Of a DNA stretch of 45,421 nucleotides, positions 34,433 to 45,421 are shown piece by piece. Positions within the stretch are counted from its first letter, which is position 1. Each line of letters begins with the position of its first letter. Location of the stretch: contig CANKOL010000002.1 in assembly GCA_947483975.1 (NCBI GenBank), forward strand, positions 1 to 45,421, written 5' to 3'. Below the pieces are notes generated by a model. It ran no database searches, was not told the origin of the DNA, and was given only the letters and a program-made list of their open reading frames with translations. Both the position numbers and the translations under genes were made by a program. Source of the stretch: Sandaracinaceae bacterium (GTDB lineage: Bacteria; Myxococcota_A; Polyangia; Polyangiales; JADJQN01).

Positions 34433-35784
34433 CAGTTGAGCTCCGAGGGTGCGCGCGGGATGCCGATGGTAGCGATGATGCTCAGCGGATCGCTCGTCCC
34501 GTTGGAGAGCGGCGCGAGGTCCACGACGCGCACGACCGAGCTGCGGAAGTCCGTGACGAAGGCGCGCTCACGCACCTCGTCGACCGCGACCTCGAAGGGG
34601 CCGGAGAAGCCACGCACGACGTCCGCGACGGCCCCCGTCTGCGCGTCGATGACGAAGAGCGAGCGCCCGTCGTAGCAGGTGACGAACAGGAACTGCCGCC
34701 CGCCGATGGTCGCGAGCGCGAGGCGCGAGGCGCCGTAGTCGACGCCCGTCACGCGGTCGATCGGGAGGTCCCCGCTCGAGAGCCCCGCTCGCGCGAGGTC
34801 GATCGTGACGACGGCCTGCGGCCGGCGCGACAGGACGTAGAGGCTGTTCCCCGAGAACGCGAGGTCGCGCACGTCGAGGCCGTCGTCGAGGCCCGTGAGG
34901 CGGGGCTCCCCCGCGCGAAAGAGGTACGAGCGCTCCGGGACGGTCGGGTCGTCGAGCGCCACCCCGAGCCGCGCGAGGCGGGCCGTCGGGCTGGTGTTCG
35001 CGGACGAGACGTAGGTGATGCCCTCGACCGCGTCGTAAGCAAGGCCGACGGCGTTCGCGGGCAGACCGTCCACGACGTCGATCAGCTTCGGCGCAACGTT
35101 CGCGGCGGACGCGGGGCCGTCGAAGAAGAGGCTCGCCTTGCCGCTGCGGTCGAGCACGACGAGGAAGTCGCCGTCCCAAGGGGCAGGCAGCGGGCGGAGC
35201 AGCACGCGCGACGGATCGCCCGGCATCGACTCGCCGCGCTGGCTCGCCACGGTCTCGTCGCCGCGGCGATGGAAGTCGTCGCAGTGCCCGCCCTTGGCGC
35301 CGCCCGCCTGGCAGGAAAGCTCGCCCGTCACGGGGTCGACGTCGATGAAGGTGAGCGTCCCGTCGCTGCGGAACGGCGCGTAGAGGCGCGTTCCGTCGGT
35401 CGAGACGGCCATCCCGCCGGCATAGGAGCCAGTGACGACCTCATGCCCGGCCGCGAGAAACCGCGACGGTGTGTGCAGCTGACAGGGCCCGCCACCGCAG
35501 CCCGCGATGCCCGCTTCGAGCGCCTCGAGGTCGAGCGCCATCACCGTGCCGCCGTTGTAGCGGAGGTCGAAGTTCGAGTTCACGACGTAGAGGAACGCTG
35601 GCGCTTCCCCCGGTGCGCGCGGGGGCGCGATGGCGATCGAGGTCGGGAAGTTGAACTCCCCGCTCTTGGGCTCGACGCCGGAGGTATCGAGGAAGCACCC
35701 CGTCAGCAGGCCCCCAGAGAGCAAGGACGCCGCAAGCAGCGCAGTCGGAGCGGAGAGCGCGGAGCCGCGCCGAGCCTTCATCAT
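34432..35784 (-). CDS. Lipoprotein with YVTN-type beta-propeller-like repeats (about 450 aa)
   Basis: MMKARRGSALSAPTALLAASLLSGGLLTGC lipobox. The recurring blade-like pattern is hhV.n..s..v.viD (LYVVNSNF..., RLYAPFRSDGTLTFIDVD, LYVLSRRPQAVVTIDL, FLFVTCYDGRSLFVIDAQTG, AFVTDFRSSVVRVVDL). Codons 35785-35832 have poor G/C at third positions, so I start at ATG 35784. Confidence 0.8.
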   Translation of the reverse strand: MMKARRGSALSAPTALLAASLLSGGLLTGCFLDTSGVEPKSGEFNFPTSIAIAPPRAPGEAPAFLYVVNSNFDLRYNGGTVMALDLEALEAGIAGCGGGPCQLHTPSRFLAAGHEVVTGSYAGGMAVSTDGTRLYAPFRSDGTLTFIDVDPVTGELSCQAGGAKGGHCDDFHRRGDETVASQRGESMPGDPSRVLLRPLPAPWDGDFLVVLDRSGKASLFFDGPASAANVAPKLIDVVDGLPANAVGLAYDAVEGITYVSSANTSPTARLARLGVALDDPTVPERSYLFRAGEPRLTGLDDGLDVRDLAFSGNSLYVLSRRPQAVVTIDLARAGLSSGDLPIDRVTGVDYGASRLALATIGGRQFLFVTCYDGRSLFVIDAQTGAVADVVRGFSGPFEVAVDEVRERAFVTDFRSSVVRVVDLAPLSNGTSDPLSIIATIGIPRAPSELN

Positions 35785-35870
35785 GGCGGGCGCACCGTAG
35801 TTTGGATGCAGCGGAGCGGCAACCGAAGTCACCCGATTGGGAGGCCCCTGCCTCCCGGGGGCAAGCGCGG

Positions 35871-37484
<1,614 letters not shown>

Positions 37485-37781
37485 CGAAGTCCCCGTGCGA
37501 AGTTCAAGAGTCCGCGGTCAGCCCGGTATCCCCACCGTCACACCGACGAAGGATACGGATGAGCCGCGCAAAAGTTCAGTACAGCCCGGCCCCTGCCAGA
37601 GAAGTTCTCATTCTGGGCAACAGGCTCCCAGCGCCTGCACCCCGTGCCCGCTGAGAGTCCCCGCGCCCCGCGCGGCTTGGGCCGACGGGGTGACGCAAGG
37701 ATTTCTGAGGGAGGGCGGAGCGTCAACCCGGCCGAGGGGGGAGGCATGAAGGGCGGTCCCCAGACCACCCCACCGCGGGCC

Positions 37782-38105
37782 TCAGCGGCAGGGGATGCCC
37801 CCGTACACGCAGGTCAGCCCGACGCCCCCATCGGTCGGCGCGTCGACGCTGCAGTTGGAGACGACGTTCGCGGTCCCCGTGTGTGGGTGAGCTCCGCACT
37901 CCTCGCGGCACGTCCATCCGGAGCCGCCGTCCGCGGCGGCAAGAAGCTCCGCCGCGCGGGTGCCCGAGACCACGAAGTGCTGGGTGCTCGCTGCAGGGAC
38001 GTCGTCGCACATCCCTGCCGGACCGCAGGCGACGAGCGTCGCCGCGAGGACGAGCAGGGTCGAGGCGAACGAAAGACGAGCCAAGGGAAACGAAGAGATG
38101 GACAT
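37782..38105 (-). CDS. Small cysteine-rich lipoprotein (107 aa)
   Basis: MSISSFPLARLSFASTLLVLAATLVAC lipobox, with 7 further Cys residues in the mature part. GGAGG lies 7 nt upstream of ATG 38105. Third positions are mostly G/C. Confidence 0.7.
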   Translation of the reverse strand: MSISSFPLARLSFASTLLVLAATLVACGPAGMCDDVPAASTQHFVVSGTRAAELLAAADGGSGWTCREECGAHPHTGTANVVSNCSVDAPTDGGVGLTCVYGGIPCR

Positions 38106-38119
38106 GAGCAAGCCTCCAA

Positions 38120-38137
38120 GGTCGGCGCGCGCCGACC
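38120..38137. promoter_or_regulatory. Perfect 18-bp palindrome (operator or glyS terminator hairpin)
   Basis: GGTCGGCGCGCGCCGACC is its own reverse complement. It lies about 60 nt after the glyS stop and directly abuts the Shine-Dalgarno of the small lipoprotein gene. Confidence 0.3.
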
Positions 38138-38199
38138 GATGGAGACGAGCGTACACACAAAGACGAGAAATCACGAACGCGAGGCCGAGGAGCGCCGCC

Positions 38200-40275
38200 C
38201 TACCCCTGCGTGACGAGCAGGTGGAAGTGCGCGACGCGGTTGACGGTGCGCGCGATGCCGCCGAGGAGACGCAGGCGGTTCTGCTTCAGGTCGTCGCGCT
38301 CGACCATCACGAACACCTTCTCGAAGAAGGTGTCGATGGGCGCGCGAAGCTCCGTCGCGACGATCCCGAGCGCCTTCGCGTACTCGCCGGCGCTGATCGC
38401 CGCGTCGATGGTCGGGCGAAGCGCCGCGAACTTCTCCGCGAGCGCGCGCTCGGCGTCCTCTTCGAGCAGCGCGGGATCGACGGGCGCGTCGGGCGTGTCC
38501 TTCGCGATGTTGTACGCGCGCTTGAACGCGACGCTCAGCGAGCCGAACTGCGGCAAGAGGCGAAGCTCCGCGAGCGCCCTCATGCGCGCGTCGAGGTCGC
38601 GGACGGAGCCGCCGTGCCAGGCGGCGAGCACCGCGGCGACGAGGTCGGGCGCGTGCTTCTCGCCGTAGAACGCCTCGAGCCGCGCGCGGAAGAACGCGTC
38701 GAGCCTTAGGTGCGTCTCGGCGGCGGGCGCGAGCTTCTTCTCTTGCTTGCTGAGCCCCGCGTGCGCGTGCGCGAGCGCGGCGCCGAGGTCGACGTCGAGC
38801 GGCCCCTCGAGCGCGATGCGCACGACGCCGAGCGCCGCGCGACGAAGCGCGAACGGGTCCGCGCTGCCGCTCGGGACGAGCCCGATGCCGAAGCAGCCGA
38901 CGAGCGTGTCGAGGCGATCCGCGATGGCGACGAGCGCCGCGACGACCTCCGTCGGCACCGAGTCGCCCGCGCCCTTCGGCAGATAGTGGTCGCGGATCGC
39001 GTCGGCGACGCGCGGCTCGAGCCCCTCGGCGAGCGCGTAGTAGCGCCCCATCAAGCCCTGCAGCTCGGGGAATTCCCCGACGATCAGCGAGACGAGGTCG
39101 GCCTTCGCGAGCTGCGCGGCGAGCGCGACGGACGCGCGCGGCACGTCGGCGGGCGCGAGCGTCTCGGCGAGCGCGCTCGTGCGCTGCACCTTCTCGGCGA
39201 CGGTGCCGAGCTTGTTCTGAAAGACCACGCCGGCGAGCTTCAGCGCGCGCTCGGCGAGCGGCGTCTTGCGGTCCTCCTCGACGAAGAAGCGCGCGTCGGC
39301 GAGGCGGGCGCGGAGCACGCGGTCGTTGCCGAGCGCGATGCGCGCCGGGTCGTTCGCCGTGTTCGCGACGGTCAGGTAGCGCGGCAGGAGCTTCTTCGTC
39401 TGCGGATCGCGCACCGCGAAGTAGCGCTGATGCCCGCGCATCACCGCGACGATTACCTCCTCGGGCAGCGTGAGGAACGCGGCCTCGAAGCTGCCCGCGA
39501 CGATGTGCGGCTCCTCGACGAGCGAGAGGCACTCGCCCATCAGGAACTCGTCCTCGATCAGCTCGCCGCCGATCTCTGCGGCCTTCGAGAGCAGCGCCGC
39601 GTGCATACGCGCGCGCCGCTCTGCGGGGTCCGCGAGGACGTGCGCGTCGCGCAGCGCGCCGAGCCAGGCGTCGGCCGACTTCACCTCGAACGCGGCGGGC
39701 GCGAGGAAGCGATGACCGAGCGTCGTGTTCGATGAGCTGACGCCCGCGAAGTCGAACGGCACGCGCGCCTCACCGTGCAGCGCGACGAGCCACTGCACCG
39801 GGCGACCGAACGCCACGTCGCCGGCGCCCCAGCGCATGCTCTTCTGAAACGGGACTTGCGTGCACAGCCGCGCGAGCGCCTCCGGCAGCACCTCGCTCGC
39901 GGGGCGCCCCTTCTCGTCGCGGCGCACCGCGATATACGGCCCCTTCGGCGTCTCCGAGACCTCTGCGTCGCTCGCGCTCTTGCCGAGCTTCTTCACGAAC
40001 GCCTCGCCCGCCTTCGTCAGCGCGCCCGACGCGTCGAAGGCGACGCTCTTCGGCGGCCCGAGGACGAGCTCGTTCACGTCCGCCTGCGCCTCGGCGACGT
40101 CCTCGACGAGCAGCGCGAGCCGCCGCGGCGTCCCGAGCGCGCGCATCGCGCCGTGCGAGAGGCGCGCACCGTCGAGGAGCTTCGCGCAGAGCTCAGGGAG
40201 CGCCTCGAGGGCGCGCGCGACGAACGATGCCGGCAGCTCTTCCGTGCCGATCTCGAGGAGTAAGTTCTTGGTCAT
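38200..40275 (-). CDS. glyS: Glycine--tRNA ligase beta subunit
   Basis: MTKNLLLEIGTEELPA N-terminus, with the length and overall pattern of GlyS. glyQ lies upstream on the same strand. Confidence 0.95.
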   Translation of the reverse strand: MTKNLLLEIGTEELPASFVARALEALPELCAKLLDGARLSHGAMRALGTPRRLALLVEDVAEAQADVNELVLGPPKSVAFDASGALTKAGEAFVKKLGKSASDAEVSETPKGPYIAVRRDEKGRPASEVLPEALARLCTQVPFQKSMRWGAGDVAFGRPVQWLVALHGEARVPFDFAGVSSSNTTLGHRFLAPAAFEVKSADAWLGALRDAHVLADPAERRARMHAALLSKAAEIGGELIEDEFLMGECLSLVEEPHIVAGSFEAAFLTLPEEVIVAVMRGHQRYFAVRDPQTKKLLPRYLTVANTANDPARIALGNDRVLRARLADARFFVEEDRKTPLAERALKLAGVVFQNKLGTVAEKVQRTSALAETLAPADVPRASVALAAQLAKADLVSLIVGEFPELQGLMGRYYALAEGLEPRVADAIRDHYLPKGAGDSVPTEVVAALVAIADRLDTLVGCFGIGLVPSGSADPFALRRAALGVVRIALEGPLDVDLGAALAHAHAGLSKQEKKLAPAAETHLRLDAFFRARLEAFYGEKHAPDLVAAVLAAWHGGSVRDLDARMRALAELRLLPQFGSLSVAFKRAYNIAKDTPDAPVDPALLEEDAERALAEKFAALRPTIDAAISAGEYAKALGIVATELRAPIDTFFEKVFVMVERDDLKQNRLRLLGGIARTVNRVAHFHLLVTQG

Positions 40276-40333
40276 GGGCGGGCGACTCTATCGACGCGGC
40301 CCGCACCGCGCAACGCGTTGGGGCAGCGAATTC

Positions 40334-41242
40334 CTAGCCGAGCACCATCGCGTCGGCCGCGAGCGCGTAGGCGCCCGCGAGCCCGGCGTCCTCCCCGAGC
40401 CCCGGCGCGACGACGTAGTGCTCGAGGTCCCGCACGACGGCGTTCCGCGGCACATAGCCCGCGAGCAGCGGGCCGAGCGCTTGGCGCACGCGCGGCAGCA
40501 GCTGCGGCACCTGCGCGACGCCCCCGCCGACGGCGATGCGCTCGGGCGAGACGACGAGCACGCAGGCGTGCAGCAGATGCGCAAGATAGCCCGCCACCAG
40601 CGGCCACACCGGGTGATCGCTGCGCAGCTCCTCAGCGCCGTGCCCGGTGCGCGCGCGGATCGCGGTGCCCGAGGCGAGCCCTTCGACGCAGTGTCCGTGG
40701 AACGGGCAGACGCCCTCGAAGTCGTCGCGACGCCCGTCAGGTCCGCGCAAAGTCGGCGGGATCAGGTGCCCCATCTCCGGGTGCAGGAGGCCATGGAGCG
40801 GCTTGCCACCGACGACGACCCCACCGCCGATGCCTGTGCCGACGGTGAGGTAGATGCCCGGGTCCGCGCCGAGCAGCGCGCCGCGCCGGCTCTCCGCGAG
40901 GGCGGCTGCGTTGACGTCCGTGTCGACGCTCACCGGCACGCCGAGCGCGGCGGCGAGGCGCGCGCGCAGCGGCATGTGCGACCAGCCGGGCTTCGGCGTC
41001 GCGAGCGTCCCGCCGTACGCCTCGCCCGCCTGCGGGTTCAGCTCGAGCGGTCCAAACATCCCGACGCCGACGGAAACCAACTGCGCGCGGTGCGGCTCGA
41101 GGAAGGCGAGGACCGCGGCGAGCGTCGCGTCGGGGCTCGTGGTCGGGATGCGCACACGCTCATGCTCGTGCTCGAGCCCGCGCCCCACGGACACGATGAA
41201 CTTCGTGCCACCGCCCTCGATCGCCGCGAAGAGCTTCGCCAC
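40334..41242 (-). CDS. ROK-family sugar kinase (fructokinase-like)
   Basis: AAIEGGGTKF N-terminal ATP-binding motif, LTVGTGIGGG, and the Zn-type motif CPFHGHCVEGLASG typical of ROK fructokinases. GTG start. Confidence 0.88.
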   Translation of the reverse strand: MAKLFAAIEGGGTKFIVSVGRGLEHEHERVRIPTTSPDATLAAVLAFLEPHRAQLVSVGVGMFGPLELNPQAGEAYGGTLATPKPGWSHMPLRARLAAALGVPVSVDTDVNAAALAESRRGALLGADPGIYLTVGTGIGGGVVVGGKPLHGLLHPEMGHLIPPTLRGPDGRRDDFEGVCPFHGHCVEGLASGTAIRARTGHGAEELRSDHPVWPLVAGYLAHLLHACVLVVSPERIAVGGGVAQVPQLLPRVRQALGPLLAGYVPRNAVVRDLEHYVVAPGLGEDAGLAGAYALAADAMVLG

Positions 41243-41272
41243 GCGGCGAGCGTAGCGCGTTCCTGCCGGGCG

Positions 41273-42238
41273 CTACTCGGCCGCGGCCGCCGTGCGCGCC
41301 GCCCCGAGCAGCGGATAGCCGAGGGCCTCACGCTGCGCGAGGAACGACTCCGCGCACGCCCGCGCGAGGTGCCGCACACGCCCGATGAAGCGCTGCCGCT
41401 CGGTCACGCTGATCGCGCCGCGCGCGTCGAGCACGTTGAACGTGTGGCTACACTTCACGACGCAGTCGTACGCGGGCAGCACGAGCCGCTGGAGCGCGTC
41501 GGTCTTCTCGAACACGAGCGACACACCGCCGCCCTTCTGCTGCGGCGCCTTCTCGTCAGTCAGCCCGAGCAGCGTCTTGCACTGCGCCTCGTAGGCGTCG
41601 AACTGATGGAAGTGCAGCGCGACGTCGGCGCGCTCGAAATTGTACGTGCTCCACTCGCGCTCGGCGCGCTGAAAGACGTCGCCGTACTTCACGCCCGCGC
41701 CGTACTCGACGTCGTAGACCGAGTCGACGTTCTGCAGGTACGAGGCGATGCGCTCGAGCCCGTACGTCAGCTCCCCGCTGATCGGCTTGCAGTCGATGCC
41801 GCCGCACTGCTGAAAGTACGTGAATTGCGAGATCTCGAGCCCATCGAGCCACACCTGCCAGCCGAGCCCCCAGGCGCCGAGCGTCGGCGACTCCCAGTCG
41901 TCCTCGATGAAGCGAAGGTCGTGCTTGTTCGGATCCGTCCCGAGCGCGCGCAGCGACTCGAGATAGAGGTCCTGAATGTCGCGCGGCGACGGCTTGAGGA
42001 TCACCTGAAACTGATGGAACTGCTGCAAGCGATTCGGGTTCTCGCCATAGCGTCCATCGGCCGGCCGGCGCGAAGGCTCGACGTAGGCGACGTTCCAAGG
42101 CTCCGGCCCGAGCGCGCGCAGGAACGAGTGCGGGTTGAACGTGCCCGCGCCGACCTCTGAGTTGTAGGGCTGCACGATGAGGCAGCCGCGGTCAGCCCAG
42201 AACTTCTGCAGCGCGAGGATGATCTCCTGGAACGTCAT
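41273..42238 (-). CDS. glyQ: Glycine--tRNA ligase alpha subunit
   Basis: [36 protein letters not shown] is the canonical GlyQ N-terminus. I chose ATG 42238 over the ORF-track start 42274. Confidence 0.95.
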   Translation of the reverse strand: MTFQEIILALQKFWADRGCLIVQPYNSEVGAGTFNPHSFLRALGPEPWNVAYVEPSRRPADGRYGENPNRLQQFHQFQVILKPSPRDIQDLYLESLRALGTDPNKHDLRFIEDDWESPTLGAWGLGWQVWLDGLEISQFTYFQQCGGIDCKPISGELTYGLERIASYLQNVDSVYDVEYGAGVKYGDVFQRAEREWSTYNFERADVALHFHQFDAYEAQCKTLLGLTDEKAPQQKGGGVSLVFEKTDALQRLVLPAYDCVVKCSHTFNVLDARGAISVTERQRFIGRVRHLARACAESFLAQREALGYPLLGAARTAAAAE

Positions 42239-42274
42239 GGCCGCCGCCTTATCGCGACGGCCGCCGCAGGTCAA

Positions 42275-43713
<1,439 letters not shown>

Positions 43714-43717
<4 letters not shown>

Positions 43718-44688
43718 GAGGGGTCGTCGTCCGTTCCGGGCGGCGAGGGATGCACGTTCTCGTCGGCGAGAGCAAGCGCAGGCTCCTCGGGCTCCATCGG
43801 CTCGGCGGTCGGCTCCTCGACAGGCTCCTCGGGCTCCATCGGCTCGGCGGTCGCCTCCTCGACAGGCTCCTCGGGCTCCATCGGCTCGGCGGTCGGCTCC
43901 TCGACAGGCTCCTCGCTCGGCTCGTCGTGCTCGCCGACGACGGCGCTCTCTAGGTAGAGCGGTGAGTACGGATCCGCTTGGTAGACGCGCACGAGGTGCA
44001 TCTTCGCCATCTCGAGCAGCGCGAGGAAGGTGACGACGATTTCGTAGCTCGAGCGCAGCCCGGCGAAGAGCTCGTCGAACGTCGCGCGCCGCTGCTTCGA
44101 GATCCGCTCGGTGATCTCCGACATGCGCTCTTGGATGGTGATGCGCTCGGCGCTGATCTCGCGCGAGAAGTCGATCTTCGAGCGGTCGACGACGCGCTGA
44201 AACGCGTCGAGGAGCTTGTAGAGGCCGACGTCGGCGAGCGGCGCGGGTCCCTGCGCCTCGACCGCCGCCGTGCCGCGGAAGAAGACGTCGCGCCCGGCGA
44301 TGCCGCGCGCGCTGAGCGCCTCGGCGGCAGCCTTGTACTTCTGATACTCGAGCAAGCGCAGGATCAGCTCCGCGCGCGGATCGGCCTCCTCCTCGTTCGA
44401 CTCGGCGTCGTCCGCCGCGGCGTTCGGGTCGGGCGGCAGGAGCATCTTCGACTTGATGTGCGCGAGCGTCGCCGCCATCAGCAGGTACTCAGCCGCGATG
44501 TCGAGGTTGAGGTGCTCCATCACGCCGAGGTACGCGAGGTACCTGTCGGTGACGAAGGCGATGGGGAGGTCGAGGATCTCGAGCTCGTGCTTCTGAATCA
44601 GGTGCAGGAGCAGGTCGAGCGGCCCTTGGAAGGACGGCAGATCGATGACGAAGTCGGGGTCGAGCGGCTTCTTGAGTTCGTCGCTCAC
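43714..44688 (-). CDS. scpA: Segregation and condensation protein A (kleisin) with a repeat-containing acidic C-terminus
   Basis: FQGPLDLLLHLIQKHELEILDLPIAFVTDRYLAYL is the ScpA signature. I chose GTG 44688 (VSDELKK...) because it overlaps the upstream TGA (GTGA). The ORF-track start at 44715 is also a GTG and remains possible. Confidence 0.85.
43779..43915 (-). repeat. 42-bp in-frame tandem repeat, about 3.3 copies, encoding (EEPVEEPTAEPMEP)n in ScpA
   Basis: The unit caggctcctcgggctccatcggctcggcggtcggctcctcga recurs at 43779, 43821 and 43863, with a partial copy from 43905. Copy 2 differs at one base (Pro to Ala). Confidence 0.95.
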
Positions 44689-45362
44689 GCCACACCTCCG
44701 ACCATCAAGAGCCACAGCGTCATGCGCTCGATCATCGGCCCGATGAGGAGCCAGCCGAGCGGGCGCGCCATGCCCGGGAGCTTCACGAAAAACAGCAGGA
44801 TGAACAGGATGAAGGAGTAGCGCTGCGCGAACTCCTTCGCGCCCGTCCAGGCGCGCGGCCAGAGGTGCGAGCCGTCGAGCGGCGGCACCGGGACGAGGTT
44901 GAAGAACGCGAGCATCACGTTGAGCTGAATCATCAGCTCGATGGCGTCACCGACGAGCGAGCGCCCCGCGAGGAGGTGCGGCGCGAAGAGCACCAGGGCG
45001 CGCAGCGTGAGCGCCGCGACGAAGGCGATGAGCAGGTTCGACGCGGGTCCGGCGAGCGCGCAGAGCGCGGTGCCTTGCCACATCGTGACGCGGCGCGTGA
45101 AGTTGGCCGGGACGAACTCGACGGGCTTGGCCCAGCCGAAGAACGGCGCCGGGACGTGCATCGCGTTGAGGAAGAGCGCGATGCCCGGGAAGATCACCGT
45201 GCCGAACAGGTCCATGTGCGCGAGCGGGGAGAGCGTGAGGCGCCCCTGACGCGTCGGCGTGCTGTCCCCGAGACGCGTCGCGACCCACGCGTGCGCAAGC
45301 TCGTGGAACGAGAGCGAGAAGAGCAGAGCCGGAACGGCGAGGATGATCAGCTTCAGGTCCAC
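44685..45362 (-). CDS. M50-family (site-2 protease-like) membrane zinc metalloprotease
   Basis: HELAHAW (HExxH) in the first TM region and FNLVPVPPLDG (NxxPxxxLDG) in a later TM region. The protein is polytopic and has a GTG start. Confidence 0.88.
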   Translation of the reverse strand: MDLKLIILAVPALLFSLSFHELAHAWVATRLGDSTPTRQGRLTLSPLAHMDLFGTVIFPGIALFLNAMHVPAPFFGWAKPVEFVPANFTRRVTMWQGTALCALAGPASNLLIAFVAALTLRALVLFAPHLLAGRSLVGDAIELMIQLNVMLAFFNLVPVPPLDGSHLWPRAWTGAKEFAQRYSFILFILLFFVKLPGMARPLGWLLIGPMIERMTLWLLMVGGVA

Positions 45363-45389
45363 AGATGGACGGCTCCCGCCGGGTCGACG

Positions 45390-45418
45390 GGCTACACTCC
45401 AACCGCCGTGCTGTCAAC
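45390..45418 (-). promoter_or_regulatory. Weak candidate promoter upstream of the M50 protease/scpAB genes
   Basis: On the minus strand there is a perfect TTGACA (45418-45413), a 17-nt spacer, then a poor -10 TAGCCC (45395-45390). The window ends immediately upstream. Confidence 0.2.
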
Positions 45419-45421
45419 GAA

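Noticed and set aside
30971-34675. A 1234-aa ORF on the plus strand. It looks like a giant unannotated gene opposite mutS and the 806-aa lipoprotein.
   Set aside because: The translation is dominated by Arg/Ala/Asp/Glu/His runs with no motifs, no signal or TM segments and no ribosome-binding site. It is the mirror frame of well-supported genes. In DNA this GC-rich, stop codons are rare in antisense frames, so such ORFs arise by chance.
37617-37630. A sigma-54-like element on the minus strand upstream of the PEGA kinase (TGGGAGCCTGTTGC).
   Set aside because: The GG-to-GC spacing is one nucleotide shorter than in TGGCAC-N5-TTGC. Sigma-54 tolerates almost no spacing change, and the -24 box is also weak.

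Overview
This is a very GC-rich, densely coding bacterial chromosomal segment; third codon positions are almost all G/C. A MYXO-CTERM-type tail, cysteine-rich repeats, many lipoproteins and Hanks-type kinases suggest Myxococcota, but that assignment is inference only. I call 33 protein genes, one of them a 3' fragment at the left edge. I found no rRNA, tRNA, CRISPR array, IS element or integrase.

Gene order:
- Plus strand: a small sigma-54-type unit (253-438), then gap-pgk-tpiA-secG (694-4231).
- Minus strand, converging on secG: HtrA-like protease (14577-15791); then secreted 200-aa protein / matrixin-like MYXO-CTERM metalloprotease / two half-ABC exporters (8411-14467); then a 1335-aa kinase-AAA-TPR protein (4309-8316).
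- Plus strand, diverging from the HtrA gene: PP2C phosphatase, an Ig/PKD-repeat lipoprotein, and a TSP3+vWA lipoprotein (15946-20339).
- Minus strand for the rest of the window: AI-2E transporter, rpsA, cmk, aroA, unknown lipoprotein, hisC, pheA, mutS, two large lipoproteins, a PEGA-domain Ser/Thr kinase, a small Cys-rich lipoprotein, glyS, a ROK sugar kinase, glyQ, scpB, scpA and an M50 protease.

Most of the window is housekeeping. No recognisable defence, toxin or mobile system is present. The parts worth a second look are:
(a) a compact candidate sigma-54 promoter + upstream repeat + 61-aa ORF + hairpin unit;
(b) the secreted-protein/matrixin/asymmetric ABC pair/STAND-kinase string;
(c) the PP2C-led operon of two Ca-binding/adhesive lipoproteins;
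(d) mutS, whose start lies 3 nt after a kinase-associated pair of lipoprotein genes;
(e) an unknown lipoprotein between hisC and aroA in the aromatic amino acid/rpsA operon;
(f) in-frame tandem repeats and a 26-Asp tail in scpA/scpB.

All functional calls rest on motifs I can read in the translations. No database search was run.
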